Below the pieces are notes generated by a model. The model did not search any database and was not told the origin of the DNA. It was given only the letters and a program-made list of their open reading frames with translations. This document shows positions 49,584 through 55,948 of a stretch of 57,125 bases of DNA, one piece after another. Source of the DNA: a virus (lineage: Duplodnaviria; Caudoviricetes); the IMG/VR virus record IMGVR_UViG_3300033076_000756, positions 1 to 57,125 of that record, one strand, 5' to 3'. A program made the position numbers and the translations under genes. Position 1 is the first letter of the stretch. The number at the start of each line of letters is the position of its first letter.

Positions 49584-50428
49584 TACTTTTTCTTCTTAAT
49601 AACATTTTCAGCGTTGTCCTTGTACCATGCCAGGATAGCCATAACCTCATCTTTGAGATAAGGCAGCTCATAAGGGATAATGGCTTTCAGGATAGGATTA
49701 CCGTCTGCGTCACGCTTAGTGATAGGATAACCGTACTGATCTGGCTCTTCCTCCTCCTCAAACTGGATATGGTGGATCACCAGCTTCCCTGGCTTGAGTC
49801 TTGGGTTATGCTTTAAGATCATGTACATGTAGATCGAAAGCTGCAGGTTGTAGTGATTCAGGTTGCAATCATCCAGGTGTGATACCGGTGGTGCCATCTT
49901 TTGAGATACACCCTCCCAGTTCTTGTAGCTTTCTGTCTTGATCTCTTTATTGGTCTTGTAGTCTGTGATATGCACTTCACCGTTAGCCACCTCTACCAGG
50001 TCACTCTGCCCGCAGATGCCCGCTGATTTGAGATACACCAGGTGTTCCGGGTAGATCCCTTCAATCAGCTTCTGAGAACTGGCCATTTTCTTACCGTTTT
50101 CATCTACAATGGGTCTGATCACCGGTAGCTCTGTATCATAGCGCACGATGGTCTCACAGTTTGTGATATCTTGTTCACGCTGGTCATGGTACCAGTTACC
50201 CAGGTTACATGCACGTTCTGATTCATTCTTCCATACCTGCTGGATCTGATCTGGTGTCATACCATACCATTTACTCTTTTTGTTGGTAGAACTCTTCTGT
50301 GCGATGTTTTTGCCGTCAAATGGCTGCTTGAGTGCGCCCAGTAAAGTGGTGACACTGATCCAACGGGTGTTATCCTGAGGATCCACAGACACATAGCTGT
50401 GGGATTCCGGGTGAAATACTAAGCTCAT
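49583..50428 (-). CDS. PD-(D/E)xK nuclease (Cas4/RecB-like exonuclease)
   Basis: Start MSLVFHPESHSY (ATG overlaps upstream TAA); SVTTLL, GNWYH, GQSDLV, ITDYKTN, YNLQLSIY. Confidence 0.85.
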   Translation of the reverse strand: MSLVFHPESHSYVSVDPQDNTRWISVTTLLGALKQPFDGKNIAQKSSTNKKSKWYGMTPDQIQQVWKNESERACNLGNWYHDQREQDITNCETIVRYDTELPVIRPIVDENGKKMASSQKLIEGIYPEHLVYLKSAGICGQSDLVEVANGEVHITDYKTNKEIKTESYKNWEGVSQKMAPPVSHLDDCNLNHYNLQLSIYMYMILKHNPRLKPGKLVIHHIQFEEEEEPDQYGYPITKRDADGNPILKAIIPYELPYLKDEVMAILAWYKDNAENVIKKKK

Positions 50429-50754
50429 TAATCTTGGTTTTCTGGGTTGATACTTTCTCTGATGAGGTCTTCTTCTTCCTGAGTGACCACGGCATCCCAG
50501 TAACCCTCTGGACATGAGGAACTTAGCGAGCGGGTCTTGAATTTGAGTGAGCATCCGCACTGTGGACAGCAAGGATGAGTGCCTGGAGCTACGCAGTTTT
50601 TAGGTCCGCGTTCTGCCATAAATGGGCAGGAGTCGCAAATGGCTTTGCGGTGTGTGGCAATCTGCTCAATGTGTTCTACTTTAAAAATGCTATTGCGTAC
50701 TCCTTCCAGGATCTTATCACGCTCCTTGAGTACTTTGATCACGTTCTTCAGCAT
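50428..50754 (-). CDS. Small Zn-finger protein
   Basis: R..ICDSC...CPQCGC.L..KTR.....CP.GYW. Confidence 0.7.
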   Translation of the reverse strand: MLKNVIKVLKERDKILEGVRNSIFKVEHIEQIATHRKAICDSCPFMAERGPKNCVAPGTHPCCPQCGCSLKFKTRSLSSSCPEGYWDAVVTQEEEDLIRESINPENQD

Positions 50755-51118
50755 GCTCTCTCTTTTTCTGTTTCACTTCTGTCTTGCGCTGATATTCAGC
50801 ATTCATAAATGCCTGGGCATTCTGGTAGATCCCTATGTGGTGTTTTACGTTCAGGCGGGTCTCATAAGCTTTCATGCTTTCTTGTGTCTCCACGTGGCTT
50901 AAAAACGCCTCATAGCGTTGCAGCTTGGCATCCAGGCGGGACTTGATCAGTACAAATGTTCCCAGGTTAGGGACATTCACGTTCACATGGTCCAGTGTCG
51001 CAAGCTTGCGCTGGATGTGATTGTAGTAAAATGAGGCAACTTCGTCCACTAGGGTCACATCATGACCGGTCAACTCAGCTGTCTTCTCACTGATCTGTTT
51101 ACGCTTTACTGGATTCAA
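50717..51118 (-). CDS. HU/IHF-like DNA-binding protein
   Basis: N-terminal helices then VNVPNLGTF (HU/IHF signature-like). Confidence 0.55.
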   Translation of the reverse strand: MNPVKRKQISEKTAELTGHDVTLVDEVASFYYNHIQRKLATLDHVNVNVPNLGTFVLIKSRLDAKLQRYEAFLSHVETQESMKAYETRLNVKHHIGIYQNAQAFMNAEYQRKTEVKQKKREHAEERDQSTQGA

Positions 51119-51494
51119 GAGCTAAAAAATTGTAGTCCAACAAAATATTTCCCTTGCGGTGGATCACCATCTCCGGGTGGATCTGCACACTCTTGTTATT
51201 GGCACCGGTCTTTACCACAATGCCACGCTTTACCAGCTTGGTAATACGGTTGCGGACGTTCTGTGCGCGAATGGAGAATTCTTCCGGGGTGACGTCTTTG
51301 TAGATGTGCTTAGCTGCGGCATTGCAGAATGCACTGAGTTCAAGTGGACCCCACATAGCCAGTAGCGTGAGGAGCTCAATGTCAGAAGGGATCACGTGCT
51401 CCTTCTTGAAAAAGATCAGCTCAGTAATGATCTGGTACTTGACCAAATCATAGGAGCTTACACGGACCTTTTTCTGTACTTTGTTTACTTCCAT
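51099..51494 (-). CDS. Putative winged-helix DNA-binding protein
   Basis: QNVRNRITKLVKRGIVVK helix-wing pattern. Confidence 0.45.
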   Translation of the reverse strand: MEVNKVQKKVRVSSYDLVKYQIITELIFFKKEHVIPSDIELLTLLAMWGPLELSAFCNAAAKHIYKDVTPEEFSIRAQNVRNRITKLVKRGIVVKTGANNKSVQIHPEMVIHRKGNILLDYNFLALESSKA

Positions 51495-51518
51495 GGTTTT
51501 TCATAGGTTAAATTTCGT

Positions 51519-51640
51519 GTGTTGCATGAGAGACTTGCACTCTGATCTATCCCCTCAACACAAGAATTGCGAGCTCTTGTGACTGGCAGTTCCACCTCTG
51601 CAGGGACATGTTGCTTAATACGCTTACACCAATGCAACAC
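51519..51640 (-). ncRNA. tRNA-like structured RNA with anticodon loop replaced by two hairpins
   Basis: Perfect 9-bp closing stem GTGTTGCAT/ATGCAACAC, T-arm-like AGAG-TGCAAGT-CTCT, TGTCCC/GGGATA stem enclosing two hairpins; 10 nt downstream of tRNA-Met. Confidence 0.55.
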
Positions 51641-51650
51641 TTACTCTTTG

Positions 51651-51723
51651 TAGCGGGGGGTGGATTCGAACCACCGACCTTCAGGTTATGAGTCTGATGA
51701 GCTAACCACTGCTCTACCCCGCA
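51651..51723 (-). tRNA. tRNA-Met(CAT), initiator-like
   Basis: TGCGGGG acceptor with U1.U72 mismatch, GAGC/GCTC D-stem (A11-U24), CT-CAT-AA loop, GGTGG-TTCGAAT-CCACC T-arm; CCA not encoded. Confidence 0.92.
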
Positions 51724-51725
51724 CT

Positions 51726-51866
51726 GTGGATCCCCGACTTTAGCTTGGGATCTCCATGTGTAAGCGCTTCGAGATACATCTTACCTTACACAGCTAGTCA
51801 GATTTACGCTGCAGCCGCATCTGACGCGCTCCCTCGTGACACTCCAGTAAGCAGAGTGACAGGGGC
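51726..51866 (-). ncRNA. Putative structured RNA (four hairpins) between groES and tRNA-Met
   Basis: Stems CACTC/GAGTG, GTCAGAT/ATCTGAC, TGTGTAAG/CTTACACA and GATCCC/GGGATC on the minus strand. Confidence 0.4.
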
Positions 51867-51878
51867 ACCGGGAAGTTC

Positions 51879-52169
51879 TTACCAGATCAGCGCGATGTCG
51901 CGTTCTGCGACCATCATCTTCTGCTCTTCACCAAATACGACAATGTCAGCATGCTGCAGGTAGGTAACCGGTACGTATACCTTATCTCCTACTTTTACCT
52001 CAGTTACCTCAGGTCCTGTTGCAAATACTTCAAGTGCCGTCCACTTGGTCATCATTTCTTTGTCTAACTCAGCTTCTGCTTCCGGAGTAAGCTGGATAGT
52101 GCTTTTTGGTCTTACGGGACGCGTTAGTAGTACGCGTGCTCCTAATAGTTTAAAGGTTTTTTCACTCAT
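51879..52169 (-). CDS. groES: GroES-like co-chaperonin
   Basis: KLLGARVLL, mobile-loop-like IQL, VFATGPEV.EVKVGDKV, MVAERDI; 96 aa. Confidence 0.8.
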   Translation of the reverse strand: MSEKTFKLLGARVLLTRPVRPKSTIQLTPEAEAELDKEMMTKWTALEVFATGPEVTEVKVGDKVYVPVTYLQHADIVVFGEEQKMMVAERDIALIW

Positions 52170-52173
52170 GATT

Positions 52174-52407
52174 TTAGTCTTTCCAGGTAATTGCTTTGAC
52201 AGCCCACATCTGTGCTGCCTGTAGTTCGGTAATAGCGATAGAGCAAAGTCTCTTTTGCTCCTGGCTGGTGCTGATGTTTCTCAGGTAATTCATCTGGTCA
52301 ATCAGATCAGCACAACCTTGTTTTGCTTTACCTACTTCGTCATCATTTGACGGGTTGAACGATAAGCCTACTGCTTTTTGTCCATAAGTCATTTTGGTAT
52401 CCTCCAT
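52174..52407 (-). CDS. Acb2/Tad1-like helical-hairpin protein (putative immune-signal sponge)
   Basis: FNPS...K...ADLID...KRLCSIAITELQAAQMWAVKAIT resembles the (L/I)A.T.L..A.MWA..A C-terminal helix of T4 Vs.4/Acb2-like proteins. Confidence 0.55.
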   Translation of the reverse strand: MEDTKMTYGQKAVGLSFNPSNDDEVGKAKQGCADLIDQMNYLRNISTSQEQKRLCSIAITELQAAQMWAVKAITWKD

Positions 52408-52437
52408 TTGGTTTTGGTTTTACGGAAGGCAGGTGGC

Positions 52438-52701
52438 TTATTCAACCACCTTTAAACCTTCCGAGTTTGGTTTTTCATCTGAAGTAGTTTCTCCACCCTT
52501 ACCTTCAGCTTGTTGTCTTGCAAGTTTCATTTGATGGTCTGCGTTGGCCAGGAATAACTGTGCCTCTACCATCTGCGCCTCTGCCACCACGGCACGGCTG
52601 TTAAGTTCTGAGAGCTCCGTGCGTAAGCGTGCTAGCTCTAGTTGGTCTTCATACCAGGCAATGATCTCTTCCCTGGTCTTTACTGGTCTTTCTTCACTCA
52701 T
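52438..52701 (-). CDS. Hypothetical coiled-coil protein (87 aa)
   Basis: First gene of the minus-strand block, with a TATATTTG promoter element just upstream. Confidence 0.6.
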   Translation of the reverse strand: MSEERPVKTREEIIAWYEDQLELARLRTELSELNSRAVVAEAQMVEAQLFLANADHQMKLARQQAEGKGGETTSDEKPNSEGLKVVE

Positions 52702-52728
52702 AATATTAGTTTTTGTAGATCTTCTTCA

Positions 52729-52790
52729 TTACAAATATACTCAACAAGTTTAACTTCTACAAATTTGTTCATATATTTGTAGAGGTTTAA
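52729..52790. promoter_or_regulatory. Divergent Bacteroidota-type promoters with inverted repeat
   Basis: TATATTTG on the minus strand (52732-52739) and on the plus strand (52772-52779); inverted repeat aacttctacaaat...atttgtagaggtt. Confidence 0.55.
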
Positions 52791-52842
52791 ACTCAAAAGC
52801 TTGATAATCCATGCTTTTTAATCATTAACATTTTGTAGAACT

Positions 52843-53088
52843 ATGAACGACAAACTCAAGCTTTTTGGAACGGGTGTGCTGCAGGTATACTTTGTGGCCA
52901 TTAACACAGTGTTCCTATCCCGTGAGCTGTACTGGGGTGTACTCTTTGCAGCCTTCTCTATCTCCATGGTCTGGAGCTATAACATCAAGAAGATAGCCTT
53001 TGGCACCCTGGCAGAACGGATCTTCTACTCAGCCGGTGCTACAGCCGGTTCCCTCCTGGGCCTGTTATCAGCCCAACTTTTCAAGTAA
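52843..53088 (+). CDS. Small membrane protein (81 aa)
   Basis: Three hydrophobic segments; Y..GA..GS..G motif. Confidence 0.65.
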   Translation: MNDKLKLFGTGVLQVYFVAINTVFLSRELYWGVLFAAFSISMVWSYNIKKIAFGTLAERIFYSAGATAGSLLGLLSAQLFK

Positions 53089-53110
53089 ATAACCCATAAT
53101 CCCAATCCCT

Positions 53111-53758
53111 ATGAAAGAACCAAACAGAGTTCGCAAGAACGAGATCAAGTATCTCATAGAGCTGAACGAAGAGCAAAAGCACGCCAAGGCATTGATCCGC
53201 GAGAACCAGATCGTGATAGTCACAGGCCGGGCAGGCTGTGGTAAATCCCTGGTTAGCGCACAGACCTCCCTGGATTTCCTCTTCAAAAAAGAATGCGACA
53301 ACATCTATGTCACCAGGGCTACGATTGAAGTGGGTAATACCCTGGGTCTGCTACCTGGTAATATGGACGAGAAGTTCAATCCATACCTGGAAGCCTTTAT
53401 GGAGAACCTGGTAAAATGCTACGACAAGAGCAAGATCGAACAGATTGTCAAGGACAAGAGAATTGTGGCACTACCCGTGCAGTTCATCCGCGGTAAGACA
53501 ATAGACGATGTGCTAATCGTAGAAGAAGCCCAGAACCTATCCAAGGCACAGATGCTTGCCATTCTCACACGCCTGGGCAAGACCGGTAAGATCATCATCA
53601 ACGGTGACAATGAACAAAAGGACATCAGAGACGAATACAACGGACTGAGTTATGCCATTGAACTGAGCAAGAACATCAAGGGAATCCAATGGATCAAACT
53701 CCAGCATAACCACCGCTCAGACCTGGTAGGACAAATCTTAGACTACGAATACAAATAG
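53111..53758 (+). CDS. phoH: PhoH-like ATPase
   Basis: GRAGCGKS Walker A, ITR-like VTR, LGLLPG, IRGKT, EEAQN, TRLG, GD..QKD, HRS. Confidence 0.93.
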   Translation: MKEPNRVRKNEIKYLIELNEEQKHAKALIRENQIVIVTGRAGCGKSLVSAQTSLDFLFKKECDNIYVTRATIEVGNTLGLLPGNMDEKFNPYLEAFMENLVKCYDKSKIEQIVKDKRIVALPVQFIRGKTIDDVLIVEEAQNLSKAQMLAILTRLGKTGKIIINGDNEQKDIRDEYNGLSYAIELSKNIKGIQWIKLQHNHRSDLVGQILDYEYK

Positions 53759-53760
53759 CC

Positions 53761-53964
53761 ATGACGATACACAACCAATTTGAAATGGGTGAGATCGTAT
53801 ATCTCAAGACAGACCCAGAACAACGCCCACGCCAGATTGTAGGTATTGTTCTATCCATTGACGGTGGCATGCTTTACAAGTGTGTTGCCGGTCTAGAAGT
53901 AGACCTTCACTTTGAGGCAGAACTTTTACGTGACCGCGACATGGTCATGGCTACCTCTTATTAA
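53761..53964 (+). CDS. Hypothetical protein (67 aa)
   Basis: F..GEIVYLKTDPEQ.PR (SH3/KOW-like small phage protein); follows phoH. Confidence 0.6.
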   Translation: MTIHNQFEMGEIVYLKTDPEQRPRQIVGIVLSIDGGMLYKCVAGLEVDLHFEAELLRDRDMVMATSY

Positions 53965-53980
53965 AATACCCCACCCTGTC

Positions 53981-54019
53981 AGCAAGACCCTCAGGTACCC
54001 CCTGGGGGTTTCTTGTTTT
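53981..54019 (+). terminator. Rho-independent terminator of phoH operon
   Basis: AGCAAGA-CCCTCAGG / CCTGGGGG-TT-TCTTGTT stem with T-rich tail. Confidence 0.7.
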
Positions 54020-54148
54020 GGGAGCACACTGTAGGAAAAGGGCGCACCCTGATATTGCTGGGCGAGCTTCTGACACGGCGGATGGAGGGACGTATGGAGG
54101 AGAGAGTGAGGGACCCCCCAGCACAGCACCCCCCACGTCCACCAACGC

Positions 54149-54173
54149 ACCCTGTACCCCCCATGTTGTCCAG
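54149..54173 (+). promoter_or_regulatory. Conserved 25-nt upstream motif, copy 1 (candidate early promoter)
   Basis: ACCCTGTAC-CCCCC-ATGTTGTC-CAG. Confidence 0.65.
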
Positions 54174-54194
54174 GATCCCTAAATCACACACGCT

Positions 54195-54293
54195 ATGAAG
54201 CAATACGTCATTGCAGGTGTGTTCATCCTTGCTAAGTCTCTGCGAGAAGCCTATGCTTACTACAGAGAGTTTTGCAAGGAGAACGGTGAGTGA
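54195..54293 (+). CDS. Small hypothetical protein (32 aa, MKQYVIAGVFILAKSLREAYAYYREFCKENGE)
   Basis: Below the ORF-track cutoff; ATG lies 46 nt after the start of motif copy 1, with an A/C-rich leader like those of the neighbouring genes. Confidence 0.5.
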   Translation: MKQYVIAGVFILAKSLREAYAYYREFCKENGE

Positions 54294-54360
54294 CATGCTC
54301 ACGCCTGCGCAGGCACAACGGAGAGGTAGTACATCTATCTCTCTGTTCTGTATATATAGG

Positions 54361-54385
54361 ACCCTTTACACCCCAAGGAATTCAG
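54361..54385 (+). promoter_or_regulatory. Conserved 25-nt upstream motif, copy 2
   Basis: ACCCTTTAC-ACCCC-AAGGAATT-CAG. Confidence 0.65.
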
Positions 54386-54410
54386 TACACACCTTAAAAA
54401 CTTTTCAATC

Positions 54411-54638
54411 ATGAAATTAAACTCACTTAAGAAAACTGTTCTGCCATTTCAAATTGCTATGCTCTTTGTAATTGGCTTTGTGCTTGCATCTGTCATGGCT
54501 TTATGCCTTACAGGCTTCATCGCATTGTTCACACCAGCGACATTAGCAGAGATGATTGAGGCGCCTATCATGGCTATCATCAACTTCCTGCTGTTCATCA
54601 TCAGCTTAGTGTGTGTTGGCAACTGGCTGTGGGATTAA
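54411..54638 (+). CDS. Small membrane protein (75 aa, two TM segments)
   Basis: Two long hydrophobic stretches; preceded by motif copy 2 and followed by a hairpin. Confidence 0.65.
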   Translation: MKLNSLKKTVLPFQIAMLFVIGFVLASVMALCLTGFIALFTPATLAEMIEAPIMAIINFLLFIISLVCVGNWLWD

Positions 54639-54667
54639 CCTCTCACAGCCAATTGGCTTCTCACATC

Positions 54668-54692
54668 ACCTTTTACACCCCACTTTATTCAG
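54668..54692 (+). promoter_or_regulatory. Conserved 25-nt upstream motif, copy 3
   Basis: ACCTTTTAC-ACCCC-ACTTTATT-CAG. Confidence 0.65.
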
Positions 54693-54725
54693 TTCATTAA
54701 TTACTAACTAAAAAACCTTTAACAC

Positions 54726-55247
54726 ATGAACAATCAAGTAACTATCGTTCCCGCATCTGAAACAGGTGCATTAGTGCAGACTTACAAGTCTAACCCTGCT
54801 TACGGCTACATCCAGCTCGCTTCTGAGGAGATGAGCATTGACGGCACCTGGATCCGCACCAAGAAACGTTCTACTCTGCTTCGCGCTGAGACTGAGCTCT
54901 TGCACAAGTTCGTTGCCACTGTTGGCAAGACTGGCTCTATTCCAGGCAAGATCGTTGTCCGCGAGTTCCTGGAGTCTCAGGTCCCTGAGAACTTCAAGAC
55001 GCGTTTCAACAAGAACGTCTCTTACGAGGACCAGATTGCGCCTTACGTGAAACGTGCTGGCAAAGACGGCATTGAGCTCACGCTTGGCGGGGAGCGCATC
55101 TTGCGTTTCACAGATTACGATGCGTCTGGCAAGGAGCAGGACGTGCAAGTTGCGCACGACAACATCTCAGCTGTTCAGCAGTCTCGTGCATCTATGGAAG
55201 TCTCTACATCTAACACAGCGTTAGGTGACGAAGAGGCACCATTCTAA
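54726..55247 (+). CDS. Hypothetical early protein, paralog A (acidic tail ending DEEAPF; possible ssDNA-binding protein)
   Basis: Clearly homologous to 55949-56437 (YKSNP.YG.IQL, DG.WIR.KKRST..RAE, NKNVSYE.QIAPY.KRAG.DG.EL..GGERILRF). Confidence 0.75.
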   Translation: MNNQVTIVPASETGALVQTYKSNPAYGYIQLASEEMSIDGTWIRTKKRSTLLRAETELLHKFVATVGKTGSIPGKIVVREFLESQVPENFKTRFNKNVSYEDQIAPYVKRAGKDGIELTLGGERILRFTDYDASGKEQDVQVAHDNISAVQQSRASMEVSTSNTALGDEEAPF

Positions 55248-55253
55248 GCTCTT

Positions 55254-55277
55254 AGGGCGGGGGTCACACCTCGCCCT
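55254..55277 (+). terminator. GC-rich hairpin after paralog A
   Basis: AGGGCGGGG-GTCACA-CCTCGCCCT; lacks a strong U-tract. Confidence 0.5.
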
Positions 55278-55308
55278 TATGCTTTACTCTATATAGAGAG
55301 AAACCTAA

Positions 55309-55333
55309 ACCCTGTACACCCCAAACTGTCCAG
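55309..55333 (+). promoter_or_regulatory. Conserved 25-nt upstream motif, copy 4
   Basis: ACCCTGTAC-ACCCC-AAACTGTC-CAG. Confidence 0.65.
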
Positions 55334-55358
55334 TATTCACTTTTAAAACACACACACG

Positions 55359-55658
55359 ATGACTACACACTTTAACATCGCAAAAAAGATTGAGGTTAAC
55401 CCATTTGAGAACGTCAAGTTCGTTAACCTCTCATCAGGTTTCAGCTACGGTGCAGAAGCTCTCAGACCATTCATGGATAACGTCTCTGAGGATGTCGTTG
55501 CCCGCAAGATCAATGGTAGCTGGGTGATTCTCTACCATATTGGTGTGCTGGACTTCACTACGCTGGTGCACTGGCTTGAGCCGTTCAGAGGCAAGTTCCA
55601 CTACAAGAACAAGAGCGTTCACTTCCGCATTGAGGAGGACGTGATGTTCTGCTGGTAA
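55359..55658 (+). CDS. Hypothetical early protein (99 aa)
   Basis: ORF framed by motif copy 4 and a downstream hairpin. Confidence 0.65.
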   Translation: MTTHFNIAKKIEVNPFENVKFVNLSSGFSYGAEALRPFMDNVSEDVVARKINGSWVILYHIGVLDFTTLVHWLEPFRGKFHYKNKSVHFRIEEDVMFCW

Positions 55659-55672
55659 CATCTTCACAGCTT

Positions 55673-55700
55673 TGAGGGCAGGGTTCACGCCTTGCTCTCA
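55673..55700 (+). terminator. GC-rich hairpin after 99-aa gene
   Basis: TGAGGGCAGGG-TTCACG-CCTTGCTCTCA; related in sequence to the 55254 hairpin. Confidence 0.5.
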
Positions 55701-55712
55701 TACGCTGTATGA

Positions 55713-55788
55713 AGTAACAGTTCCCACGCCGCTCAGATGAGTTACTCAAAAAGTAACCGTTCCCACACTCAGTAGTAAGCGTTCCCAC
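55713..55788 (+). repeat. Three direct repeats AGTAAnnGTTCCCAC
   Basis: Copies at 55713-55727, 55752-55766 and 55774-55788. Confidence 0.7.
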
Positions 55789-55886
55789 AGTTTTTTCCTC
55801 AACCTAAAAGCCTCTCAAGCTGGGGCATTCAGCTCAGGCTATACGACACGGTGAGTGCAGTTCTTTCTCACCCCTTAATACACACC

Positions 55887-55911
55887 ACCCTTTACCCCCC
55901 AAAAAATACAG
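55887..55911 (+). promoter_or_regulatory. Conserved 25-nt upstream motif, copy 5
   Basis: ACCCTTTAC-CCCCC-AAAAAATA-CAG. Confidence 0.65.
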
Positions 55912-55948
55912 TATTTACTCAAATGTTTAACCCCCAAAAAACACAGTT

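Noticed and set aside
49583-50572. 329-aa version of the nuclease; Cas4 as sign of a CRISPR system
   Set aside because: The true start is more likely 50428 (TAATG coupling). No CRISPR array or other cas genes are present, and stand-alone PD-(D/E)xK nucleases are routine in these phages.
51519-51878. Bona fide (or permuted) tmRNA
   Set aside because: No GGGG 5' end, no G3.U70 pair and no evident pseudoknot series, and a tRNA-Met lies between the pieces. Kept only as a weaker speculative finding.
53926-54414. Track ORFs around 53.9-54.4 kb (64-103 aa, both strands)
   Set aside because: Low-complexity translations spanning a terminator and promoter motif. The 32-aa ORF at 54195 fits the cassette pattern better.
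54149-55911. 25-nt repeats as a CRISPR array or integron attC sites
   Set aside because: Spacing is hundreds of nt with whole genes between copies, the repeats are non-palindromic with a degenerate core, and no integrase is seen.
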